NCBI GenBank assembly: GCA_049614485.1
Contig: JBMZDR010000008.1
Location: forward strand, 29,606 to 93,605
Direction: 5' to 3'
Source of the DNA: Flavobacteriaceae bacterium
Lineage (GTDB): Bacteria > Bacteroidota > Bacteroidia > Flavobacteriales > Flavobacteriaceae
DNA length: 64,000 nt
Shown: positions 1 to 7,725 of the stretch, in pieces
Numbering within the stretch: position 1 is the stretch's first letter
Layout of the letters: each line of letters begins with the position of its first letter
Position numbers and translations under genes: made by a program
Notes under the pieces: generated by a model
Seen by the model: only the letters and a program-made list of their open reading frames with translations
Told to the model about the DNA's origin: nothing
The model's database searches: none

Positions 1-386
1 TTGATGAAAAAATGACGATTGGTTTGTTCAATGACTCCTTTTCTTGCGTCAATTAGTATAATTGCTGCTTGAGAAGTTGACGCTCCAGTGACCATGTTTC
101 TTGTGTATTCAACATGACCGGGAGTGTCTGCAATAATATAACTTTTAGTTTCTGTTGAAAAATATATATGTGCAACATCAATGGTAATTCCTTGTTCCCT
201 TTCTGCCACTAAACCATCTGTTGCTAACGAAAAATCTAAATAATCATAGCCTTTTTGTTTGCTCGTTTTTTCAATTGCGTCTAGTTTATCACTAGTTAAT
301 GATTTTGTGTCGTAAAGAATTCTACCAATCAAGGTGCTTTTACCGTCATCAACACTTCCTGCAGTTGCAATTTTTAATACTTCCAT
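1..386 (-). CDS. cysN: Sulfate adenylyltransferase subunit 1 (CysN), N-terminal 128 codons; gene continues past the left window edge
   Basis: Partial, so absent from the ORF track. Reverse complement from the ATG (386..384) reads [27 protein letters not shown]...[21 protein letters not shown]. It has GTPase G1 (GSVDDGKST) and G3 (DTPGH) motifs and lies directly downstream of cysD. Confidence 0.88.
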   Translation of the reverse strand, partial: MEVLKIATAGSVDDGKSTLIGRILYDTKSLTSDKLDAIEKTSKQKGYDYLDFSLATDGLVAEREQGITIDVAHIYFSTETKSYIIADTPGHVEYTRNMVTGASTSQAAIILIDARKGVIEQTNRHFFI

Positions 387-400
387 TCAGTTTTTGTTTT

Positions 401-464
401 ATGCTGTAAGCTTTACGCTTTAAGCAGCTTCACTTAATCTTATTTTTTTTAAAGCTTACAGCAT
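401..464 (-). repeat. Perfect 14-bp inverted repeat (ATGCTGTAAGCTTT / AAAGCTTACAGCAT) with a 36-nt spacer in the cysD-cysN spacer
   Basis: Arms 401..414 and 451..464 are exact reverse complements; AAGCTT-containing submotifs recur across 401..480. Confidence 0.7.
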
Positions 465-485
465 ATCGCCTAAAGCTTAGAGCTA

Positions 486-506
486 AAAATTTGTAATACA
501 AATTTT
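486..506 (-). repeat. 21-bp palindrome AAAATTTGTA-A-TACAAATTTT overlapping the cysD stop codon
   Basis: Arms 486..495 and 497..506 are exact reverse complements. Confidence 0.6.
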
Positions 507-1404
507 AAAAATACCCTTGTTGTTTTCTTTTTTCCATTGCTGCTTCAGAGCGTTTATCATCAATTCTTGCTCCACGTTCAGATATTGTTGATGCTCTAAT
601 TTCTGCAACCACTTCACTAATCGTTTTTGCATGTGAGTTTACAGCTGCTGTACAACTCATATCGCCCACTGTTCTAAAACGAACAATACGTTCTTCAATG
701 TGTTCATAATCTTCACGGTATACATGTTCAGAGGCTGTCCAGATCATTCCATCCCTTAAAAATGTTTCACGTTTGTGAGAAAAATATATCGATGGAATTT
801 CTAAGTTTTCCCGCTCTATATAGCTCCAAACATCTAATTCTGTCCAATTTGAAATAGGAAATACGCGCACATTTTGTCCGTGTTCTATGTCGCCGTTTAG
901 CATATCAAATAATTCAGGGCGTTGGTTTTTTTCATCCCATTGCCCGAAGTCATCACGAACAGAAAATATGCGTTCTTTTGCCCTAGCCTTTTCTTCATCA
1001 CGTCTGGCACCACCAATACAAGCATCAAATTTAAACTCCTCAATGGCATCTAAAAGGGTAGTGGTTTGTAGTGTGTTTCTACTTGAGTATTTACCAGATT
1101 CTTCTCTTACTTTCCCTTTGTCAATACTGTCTTGAACATTTCTAACTATTAATTCAAGTCCTAATTCCTTTACTATTTTATCTCTAAACTCTATTGTTTC
1201 TGGGAAGTTGTGCCCAGTATCTATATGCATTAAAGGGAATGGAATTTTAGCTGGATGAAATGCTTTTTGTGCTAATCTGACTAATGTTATGGAGTCTTTC
1301 CCTCCAGAAAAAAGCAATACTGGTTTTTCGAATTGCGCTGCCACCTCTCTAATAATATAAATGGCTTCGTTTTCTAATGGATTTATATGTGCTGTACTCT
1401 TCAT
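505..1404 (-). CDS. cysD: Sulfate adenylyltransferase subunit 2 (CysD)
   Basis: PP-loop LFSGGKDS and overall CysD-like sequence (HIDTGHNFPE, SERGARIDD). Start trimmed to MKSTAHINPLE (ATG at 1404), because the longer ORF-track start would overlap the cysH stop at 1419. Confidence 0.93.
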   Translation of the reverse strand: MKSTAHINPLENEAIYIIREVAAQFEKPVLLFSGGKDSITLVRLAQKAFHPAKIPFPLMHIDTGHNFPETIEFRDKIVKELGLELIVRNVQDSIDKGKVREESGKYSSRNTLQTTTLLDAIEEFKFDACIGGARRDEEKARAKERIFSVRDDFGQWDEKNQRPELFDMLNGDIEHGQNVRVFPISNWTELDVWSYIERENLEIPSIYFSHKRETFLRDGMIWTASEHVYREDYEHIEERIVRFRTVGDMSCTAAVNSHAKTISEVVAEIRASTISERGARIDDKRSEAAMEKRKQQGYF

Positions 1405-1418
1405 TTTTAATGTTTTAT

Positions 1419-2042
1419 TTAAGAATGTATACCACATTCTCTATTAGCCAATGCTTTTGTGGGGTCATAATATTTAAATTCATTAGGGAGCTTATGTTCT
1501 TTTAAATAGTGATCCAGTTCTTTATCTGTCCAATGATAGAATGGGCTTACCTTTAATATCCCATCTTTTGAAAAACTAAATATGTCTAAGCTATCTCTCA
1601 ATGCTGTTTGCCCTTTTCTTAAATTAGTAAACCATACATCTGGTTTGTGCTCATCCATAGCTCTTTTAAATGGCTCAAGTTTTACTTGTTCAGTAAATAA
1701 TTGATGAAATGGGTGATCAATTGTTGGTATCCCCATTAGAACATCTCTATATGCTGAGGTTTGTTTAGGTACGTATAGACTAATATTTAAGTCTAATTTT
1801 GTAATTAATTCATCAGCATGTTTGTAAGTATTTGGCGTATTATACCCAGTATCACACCAAATAATAGTAATATCATTTAAAGCACTTGTGGTGGCGTGTA
1901 GTATTGTAGCTTCATAAGGTCTAAAATTAGTTGTTACTACAGGTTTGTCAGCAAAACTTAATACCCATGAAATAATTTCAAAAGGAGATTTATGTGCAAA
2001 TTCGGTATTGTATTTATCTAATATTTTTTGTTTGTTTTTCAT
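1419..2042 (-). CDS. cysH: Phosphoadenosine phosphosulfate (PAPS) reductase family protein (CysH)
   Basis: 207 aa with the C-terminal catalytic ECGIH motif. Only two Cys in total, so no CC...CxxC Fe-S cluster motif. Adjacent to cysDN. Confidence 0.88.
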   Translation of the reverse strand: MKNKQKILDKYNTEFAHKSPFEIISWVLSFADKPVVTTNFRPYEATILHATTSALNDITIIWCDTGYNTPNTYKHADELITKLDLNISLYVPKQTSAYRDVLMGIPTIDHPFHQLFTEQVKLEPFKRAMDEHKPDVWFTNLRKGQTALRDSLDIFSFSKDGILKVSPFYHWTDKELDHYLKEHKLPNEFKYYDPTKALANRECGIHS

Positions 2043-2053
2043 ATCTGAATTTA

Positions 2054-2308
2054 TTATTTACCCCAATTTATGTTGTTCCATAGACGCTCATGGAAGAAAT
2101 AAAGTATCATTTTTGATACTAATTCTATTGCTCCTATTGAAAAAGCTAATGTCAGTGCGCCAGTGATTAACCAAGAGATGATAACTGTATCTAAAGTCCC
2201 AATCACCCTCCAGCTAATAGTTTTTAACAGGCTTCTTGTAATTTTTTCATCTGTTTTCTTTTCACTTTTTTTAATGGAACAATTAGCTATTATTGTGTTT
2301 AAAATCAT
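2054..2308 (-). CDS. DUF2061 family small membrane protein
   Basis: 84 aa with TISWRVIGTLDTVIISWLITG and two predicted TM helices, the recognisable DUF2061 pattern. First gene of the cys unit. Confidence 0.65.
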   Translation of the reverse strand: MILNTIIANCSIKKSEKKTDEKITRSLLKTISWRVIGTLDTVIISWLITGALTLAFSIGAIELVSKMILYFFHERLWNNINWGK

Positions 2309-2343
2309 ATCTATACAAGCCCTATCGTTTTAGTAGGGTAATG

Positions 2344-2351
2344 CAAATGTA
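2344..2351 (-). promoter_or_regulatory. Candidate Bacteroidota -7 promoter box (TACATTTG on minus strand) for DUF2061-cysHDN
   Basis: Matches TAnnTTTG; 35 nt upstream of the DUF2061 ATG and downstream of the terminator-like hairpin after the metZ-like gene. Confidence 0.3.
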
Positions 2352-2402
2352 TACATTTATATTTCATGAGCAAGTATCATTCAAAGAAAAATATCAAAAC
2401 AA

Positions 2403-2453
2403 TATATATTATAAAAAAAAGCAACAAGTAGGCTCTGTTGAAGATGAAGTAAA
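2403..2453 (-). terminator. Terminator-like hairpin after the metZ-like gene
   Basis: Minus strand CAAGTGGGCT-19 nt-AGCCTACTTG (10 bp, one G.U pair), then TTGC and T8. The loop is large, so confidence is moderate. Confidence 0.45.
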
Positions 2454-2473
2454 AGCCCACTTGATGCGGTTCA

Positions 2474-3646
2474 TTAAATTTTATTTAAAGCCTGTATCAC
2501 ATCATTTATAATATCGTCTATGTGTTCTAAACCAATTGAAATTCTAATTAATCCATCTGTAATTCCAACAGCTAATCTATCTTCTAAACTTAACTTACTA
2601 TGAGTGGTTGACGCTGGATGTGTCACTATAGTTCTAGTGTCTCCAAGGTTAGCAGATAGTGAGCATAGTTTTAAATTGTTTAAAAATTTTCTACCAGAAT
2701 CAATCCCTCCTTTAATTTCAAAAGCTACAATTGAACCTCCTAGTTTCATTTGTTTTTTAGCTACATCATATTGAGGATGGGATTTTAAAAATGGATATTT
2801 AACCCAGTTTACTTTTGAAGATTTTTCTAAAAATTTGGCGACTTCTAATGCATTTTCGCAATGTTTCTCTAATCTAATTGGTAAAGTTTCTAAACTTTTT
2901 GAAAGAACCCAAGCATTGAAGGGAGACATGGCTGGACCAGTGTTTCTTGCAAATAAATAAATATCTCTAATGAGTTCTTTTTTACCAACCACTACGCCAC
3001 CTAAAACTCGTCCTTGACCATCCATAAGTTTCGTTGCAGAATGGATAACTAAATCGGCACCAAAAGTTATTGGTGTTTGTAAATATGGTGTTGCAAAACA
3101 ATTGTCTATAATTAAGAGTAAATTATGTTTTTTAGCAATTTGCCCTAAATAGTCTAAGTCAATAATGTCAATACCGGGATTAGTTGGCGATTCTGCATAT
3201 AAAATTTTAGTGCTTGGCGTTATTAAAATTTCAATAGTTTCGGGCTTATTTATATCAAAATAACTAGTAGTAATATTCCATTTTGGGAAGTATTTTGTAA
3301 ATAATGAATGTGTAGAACCGAATACTGATCTTGCTGAAATAATATGATCTCCAGATTCTAGTAAGGCCCCTAATGTTGAGAATATAGCTGCCATTCCTGT
3401 TGCAAAAGCATACCCAGATTCTGCACCTTCCATTACTACAACCTTATCAATAAACTCTGTTGTGTTTGGGTTAGAAAACCTACTGTATAGGTTTTTTTCC
3501 TTTTCTTCAGAAAAAGAAGCTCTCATATCCTCAGCATCATCAAAAACAAAACTTGATGTTAGATAGAGTGGTGTAGAGTGTTCGCTAAATTGTGTTCTAT
3601 TTGTTTGCGTACGTATTGCCGCTGTTTGGAAGTTCTGTGATGCCAT
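2474..3646 (-). CDS. Cys/Met-metabolism PLP-dependent enzyme (O-succinyl/acetyl-homoserine sulfhydrylase or cystathionine gamma-synthase type)
   Basis: 390 aa, PLP-lysine context SATKLMDGQGR; family-typical YSRFSNPNT and GDTRTIVTHPASTTHS. Confidence 0.85.
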   Translation of the reverse strand: MASQNFQTAAIRTQTNRTQFSEHSTPLYLTSSFVFDDAEDMRASFSEEKEKNLYSRFSNPNTTEFIDKVVVMEGAESGYAFATGMAAIFSTLGALLESGDHIISARSVFGSTHSLFTKYFPKWNITTSYFDINKPETIEILITPSTKILYAESPTNPGIDIIDLDYLGQIAKKHNLLLIIDNCFATPYLQTPITFGADLVIHSATKLMDGQGRVLGGVVVGKKELIRDIYLFARNTGPAMSPFNAWVLSKSLETLPIRLEKHCENALEVAKFLEKSSKVNWVKYPFLKSHPQYDVAKKQMKLGGSIVAFEIKGGIDSGRKFLNNLKLCSLSANLGDTRTIVTHPASTTHSKLSLEDRLAVGITDGLIRISIGLEHIDDIINDVIQALNKI

Positions 3647-3648
3647 TT

Positions 3649-6066
3649 TTATATGTTTTTTATTAATCTTAGTATGTCTCCAAATACACCTCTTGCAGTT
3701 ACTTCTGCTCCTGCACCTGCGCCCTGAATAACAATTGGTTGCTCTCCATAGGACTCAGTATAAATTTCAAAAATAGCATCTGACCCTTTTAAGCCTCCTA
3801 ATGGTGAGTTGATTGGTACTGAGACTAATTTAACATTTAATGCTCCCTTATCTTTTGACAAATCACCAGATAATTCACCTATATATCTTAATGCATGATT
3901 TTCTTTTTGTGCTGCTTTTACAGCTTTAAAATAATCATCTAGGCCATTTAAGGAATTTAAAAACTCTGTGTTTGAGATATCCCTAAACTCTTTTGGAATC
4001 AAGTTTTCTACATTTACGTCTGATAGTTCATTATGTAAATCTAATTCTCTGGCTAAAATCAATAACTTTCTTGCTACATCGTTTCCACACAAATCTTCTC
4101 TAGGGTCTGGCTCAGTAAACCCTTTTGAGATTGCGTCTTTAAGAATATCACTGAAGGTTTTATCTTCTGAAGAAAAGTTGTTGAATAAATAACTTAATGA
4201 ACCAGAAAATACGCCTCTGATTTTAGTAATATTTTCGCCAGAATCATGTAACAGCTTTATAGTATCTATAAGTGGTAATCCTGCGCCAACATTAGTTTCG
4301 TATAAATATGATTTACAATTTCTGTTTAGTTCTTGCCTAAGTGTTTGGTAAAACTCATTTGAGTTCGTATTTGCGATTTTATTAGAAGATACAAGATCAA
4401 AACCTTCTTCAATTAGCGGAATGTAATTGTTAACAAAATCAGAATTAGCTGTGTTGTCAACAGCAATTAAGTTTTCAAGATGATGTTCTTTTGCATAATC
4501 AAAAAGATGTTTTAAGTTGTAGTTTTCAATACCATCAGCCTCTAATTCGTGCTCCCAATTTTTAGAAACACCATCTTTATTTAAGACTAACTTTTTGGAA
4601 TTAGCTATTGCAATAATATTTAACTGTACCTGTCTGCGTTTTAAAACTGATTTTGAATTGATTAGTATTTGATTAATTAATGCACTACCAACTAATCCTT
4701 TTCCAAAAATGACAATATTAATTTTTTTAGCAACACCAAACACTTGACCATGAATAACATTGATAGCTTTGTTTAGTTGTTCTTTTTTAACTACTAAACT
4801 CACATTTTTACCTGTTATGGTGTTATTGAAAAGTAGTGGCGTAATTTTATTTTTAATTAAAGCATTGAAAGGTTTGTGAAATTCATTCAATTCTTGTCCA
4901 ATGATAGATAATACAGCCACTTCATCTATTATGGTTATTTTATTAACATCTTTTTTATATAAATCTGTTTCAAATTCTTTTTCTAATGCTATTAATGCTT
5001 CCGTTGCTTTCTGAGCATTAATAACTAAACCTATACCTCTTTCGGAAGATCCTTGAGAAATAATGCTTACACTAATATTATTTTTACCTAAAGCTTTAAA
5101 TATTCTTGCGTCTATTCCGGGTCTTCCTAACAAACCTCTACCTTCAAAACTTATTAAGGCAACATCATCTAATACTGAAATAGATTTAATTCCTTTAGAT
5201 GTACTATGTTTACTAATTAATGTCCCTTTGTCTGTGGTGTTAAATGTGTTTAATATGCGTAATGGGATATGTTTCTCTATAAGAGGTAAAATTGTTTTAG
5301 CATGAAGTATGTTTGCACCAAAATTAGCTAATTCATTAGCTTCACTATATGATAAATGTTCAATTTTTTTAGCATCTGTTACTAAATCTGGGTTAGCTGT
5401 AAAAATCCCATCTACATGCGTGTAGCTTTCTACTTCTTGGGCATTTAGGTAATTTGCAAATAAAGAAGCAGTGTAGTTACTGCCGTTCCTTCCTAATGTG
5501 GTTGTTTCACCTTCCAAATTTGCCGCGATAAAACCAGAGACAATGTGAATATTGTTTTTTGTAGATGCCTTAAAAAAGCTTTCAATATTTAACTGAGTTT
5601 CTTTTTCTAAAGTTATTGCGTTCCCAAAATTACTATTGGTCTTTACAAGTGCTCTTGAATCAACAGCACTTGCTTCAATACCTTGTTTTGCTAATAATGC
5701 AGTTATTGTTTTAACAGATAGAAGTTCACCATAAGCTAATACTTCATCTTTTATTTTACTACTGTAATCTCCTAGGTATTGAACACCTCTGAAAAGGGTA
5801 TATAATTTTGAAAAATCATCTTCAAAATTAGTACTATAAAAAGGGATAAGTTGCTCCTTTTTAAATGCTTCGAAGTTTGCTCTAAAGTCTTGTTTTGACT
5901 TTGCTAATTCTAAAAGGGCTTCCAATTGATTTGTTGTGTTTCCTCTTGCTGAAACAATGATAATAATCTTATTATTACTTTTTGATTTTTCAGAAATGAT
6001 ATTTAATACAGTATTAATACCTATACCATTTGCTAATGATTTTCCTCCGAATTTTATAATTTTCAT
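3649..6066 (-). CDS. thrA: Bifunctional aspartate kinase / homoserine dehydrogenase
   Basis: 805 aa. N-terminal aspartokinase signature MKIIKFGGKSL, central ACT-like region, C-terminal homoserine dehydrogenase (FGKGLVGSALI NAD-binding loop, GAGAGAEVTARGV). Confidence 0.9.
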   Translation of the reverse strand: MKIIKFGGKSLANGIGINTVLNIISEKSKSNNKIIIIVSARGNTTNQLEALLELAKSKQDFRANFEAFKKEQLIPFYSTNFEDDFSKLYTLFRGVQYLGDYSSKIKDEVLAYGELLSVKTITALLAKQGIEASAVDSRALVKTNSNFGNAITLEKETQLNIESFFKASTKNNIHIVSGFIAANLEGETTTLGRNGSNYTASLFANYLNAQEVESYTHVDGIFTANPDLVTDAKKIEHLSYSEANELANFGANILHAKTILPLIEKHIPLRILNTFNTTDKGTLISKHSTSKGIKSISVLDDVALISFEGRGLLGRPGIDARIFKALGKNNISVSIISQGSSERGIGLVINAQKATEALIALEKEFETDLYKKDVNKITIIDEVAVLSIIGQELNEFHKPFNALIKNKITPLLFNNTITGKNVSLVVKKEQLNKAINVIHGQVFGVAKKINIVIFGKGLVGSALINQILINSKSVLKRRQVQLNIIAIANSKKLVLNKDGVSKNWEHELEADGIENYNLKHLFDYAKEHHLENLIAVDNTANSDFVNNYIPLIEEGFDLVSSNKIANTNSNEFYQTLRQELNRNCKSYLYETNVGAGLPLIDTIKLLHDSGENITKIRGVFSGSLSYLFNNFSSEDKTFSDILKDAISKGFTEPDPREDLCGNDVARKLLILARELDLHNELSDVNVENLIPKEFRDISNTEFLNSLNGLDDYFKAVKAAQKENHALRYIGELSGDLSKDKGALNVKLVSVPINSPLGGLKGSDAIFEIYTESYGEQPIVIQGAGAGAEVTARGVFGDILRLIKNI

Positions 6067-6077
6067 GTTAATTCTTT

Positions 6078-7139
6078 TTAATGGCTGTTTACCAATGTTT
6101 TTGATTTAAAAATATGTTGTAATAAAACTTCTAACTGTTCAAATTCAATTAAGAAAGCGTCATGTCCATGAATAGATTTTATTTCACCATAATGCACATT
6201 ACTTTTTACTTTAGATAAGTTTAAAAAGCTTTCTCTATTTTCTTTAGCAGTGAAAAACATATCACTATTAATACCAATCATATATATGTTAGATTTTATT
6301 GCAGATGCAACCTCTAAAAAACTCCCTCTACCTCTTGTAATATCTATTGTACTTAATAAGTGATTAACAAGTTTGTAAGAATTTACCGAAAAACGCTTTT
6401 GTAACTTATTGCCATGGTGTAATAGCCAGCTTTCAACTTCTGTAGTATTTGTAGAACTATTTCTTTTTCTGTTGAATTTTATGCTATACGATTCTGGTGT
6501 TCTGTACAAATTCATAGCATGAACTCTAGCATCATGAACCGGGTTTTTCGAATTAGTTAGTATTAACTCTTGAACTTTTGTATTCGCTATAATCCAGTCT
6601 GTAGACTTCCAATCTGTAGCTATTGGAATTAAATTATCTATAAAACTAGGATGTAAAGCGGCTAACTCCCAAGCTATACCTCCACCAATTGAACCGCCAA
6701 TTGCTGCAAATAGTTTGGTTATTTTTAAGCGGTCTAAACCAATTTTAAAAAGCCTAGAGATATCTCTAACTGTAAAATCTGAGTAAGATTCTAAGTGAAA
6801 ATTGTTAGCGCCGTTTCCAGGAATATTAAAAGCAATAACTGAATACTTATCTGTATCGATAAGTTTACGATGCCCAATAATTGAATTCCACCAGCCATCT
6901 TCCTCGCTTACATGGCTATTACCTGTTAAACTATGATTAACTAGCACAACTGGTGCTATACCTAACTCTAAACCAAATATCTGATATGATAAAATAATAG
7001 AAGAGTATGTTGTTCCTTTTTCGGTAGTGAAATCCGAAATAGTTAAATGTTTTAAGTCCAATGTTTTAAATCTATATGTTTTAATAAATGATGTTGTTTT
7101 TGCCCTTCTATACGTTTTGATATTACCAAGGGAACTCAT
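6078..7139 (-). CDS. metX: Homoserine O-acetyltransferase (MetX, alpha/beta hydrolase)
   Basis: PVVLVNHSLTGNSHV and nucleophile elbow GGSIGG, in a met operon context. The true start could be an internal TTG (..KTLDLKH..), because the N-terminus is longer than usual. Confidence 0.82.
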   Translation of the reverse strand: MSSLGNIKTYRRAKTTSFIKTYRFKTLDLKHLTISDFTTEKGTTYSSIILSYQIFGLELGIAPVVLVNHSLTGNSHVSEEDGWWNSIIGHRKLIDTDKYSVIAFNIPGNGANNFHLESYSDFTVRDISRLFKIGLDRLKITKLFAAIGGSIGGGIAWELAALHPSFIDNLIPIATDWKSTDWIIANTKVQELILTNSKNPVHDARVHAMNLYRTPESYSIKFNRKRNSSTNTTEVESWLLHHGNKLQKRFSVNSYKLVNHLLSTIDITRGRGSFLEVASAIKSNIYMIGINSDMFFTAKENRESFLNLSKVKSNVHYGEIKSIHGHDAFLIEFEQLEVLLQHIFKSKTLVNSH

Positions 7140-7400
7140 GTTTAGGTAATATCAAATCATAGACAAAAGCATCATACGTATATAGATATACGGTTCTTTC
7201 TTTTGAGTAATACTGTAAAACGTCATAGTCTAAAAATTATAAACTATTCAATATGTAGAGATGTTATAGCTGAATCAGCTAAATAACTTTAATGAATGTA
7301 AAGCATACAAACATTTTTATCTACTATAAGTAGATATTGGTTATTAACAAGAAAAAATTGAGTGGATACTCTTTTATAAGTAATTAAAAAGAGAGTCATT

Positions 7401-7507
7401 TGTTATCTACCCCAAGCTTACGCTAGGTAGAATGTAGCACCTTCTTTACAGAGTAAAGGGTTGCTAAGGCTTCAATGGGTCTATTCCCTCAGCCTTTCTT
7501 GATAACA
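7401..7507 (-). promoter_or_regulatory. SAM-I (S-box) riboswitch aptamer
   Basis: Minus strand: GTTATCAAGAAAGGCTGAGGGAATAGACCCATTGAAGCCTTAGCAACCCTTTACTCTGTAAAGAAGGTGCTACATTCTACCTAGCGTAAGCTTGGGGTAGATAAC. It contains the conserved AUCAAGA, GAGGGA, ACCC, UGAAGCC, GCAACC and GGUGCUA blocks, with P1 closing GTTATC/GATAAC. Confidence 0.92.
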
Positions 7508-7540
7508 TCTAATAAATAATGAACGATTTTATTATGGGTA

Positions 7541-7548
7541 CAAATATA
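7541..7548 (-). promoter_or_regulatory. Candidate -7 promoter box (TATATTTG on minus strand) driving the SAM riboswitch leader
   Basis: Matches TAnnTTTG; about 33 nt upstream of riboswitch P1. Confidence 0.4.
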
Positions 7549-7591
7549 ACAACAAAAAAAGTTAATAAACATCAAATAATTTAAAATAGTT

Positions 7592-7625
7592 TATAAAGTC
7601 AATAATGATAAGGATTGACTTTATA
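7592..7625. repeat. Perfect 12-bp inverted repeat TATAAAGTCAAT-10 nt-ATTGACTTTATA in a divergent promoter region
   Basis: Arms 7592..7603 and 7614..7625 are exact reverse complements. Confidence 0.7.
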
Positions 7626-7725
7626 GTATTTGGATAATAAAAATGATAGTATTTAAAAACTAGAACAGATATTTAATATAAATGCAGTAGTTTTGAGTTG
7701 TAAATAACTCATAAAAAATAATATC

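Noticed and set aside
887-1135. ORF-track entries lying antisense inside well-supported genes: 887..1135, 3968..4192, 5063..5305, 15255..15554, 15582..15839, 22061..22363, 23718..24011, 25177..25440, 52087..52374, 60539..60823, 61388..61624 and similar
   Set aside because: Each lies entirely within, and antisense to, a long ORF with clear family motifs. Their translations are low-complexity and have no recognisable motifs, which is typical of shadow ORFs in AT-rich DNA.
505-1437. Longer N-terminal extensions offered by the ORF track for cysD (1437), trpC (31383), ABC ATPase (11272), pepD (40238), recF (47932), DUF721 (46469), recF-linked lipoprotein (46932) and rhomboid 2 (52378)
   Set aside because: The extensions overlap the upstream gene or begin at TTG codons with non-homologous residues. 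Internal ATG starts give canonical N-termini and typical stop/start junctions.
2293-2511. 72-aa plus-strand ORF in the metZ-DUF2061 spacer
   Set aside because: It spans the terminator-like hairpin and the ends of two minus-strand genes. The peptide is compositionally biased. The region is better explained as a regulatory spacer.
7152-7226. 24-codon mini-ORF (MTFYSITQKKEPYIYIRMMLLSMI) with three Met codons in the metX leader, considered as a Met-sensing leader peptide
   Set aside because: No terminator or alternative-pairing structure follows it. Met-codon attenuation is not an established mechanism. The SAM riboswitch already accounts for regulation, and a mini-ORF of this size is expected by chance.
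7508-7725. Searched for a cobalamin riboswitch (B12 box) upstream of the DUF71/BtuFCD-like operon
   Set aside because: No GCCACTG-type B12 box or GC-rich aptamer-like segment is present. Only AT-rich sequence and the 12-bp palindrome were found.
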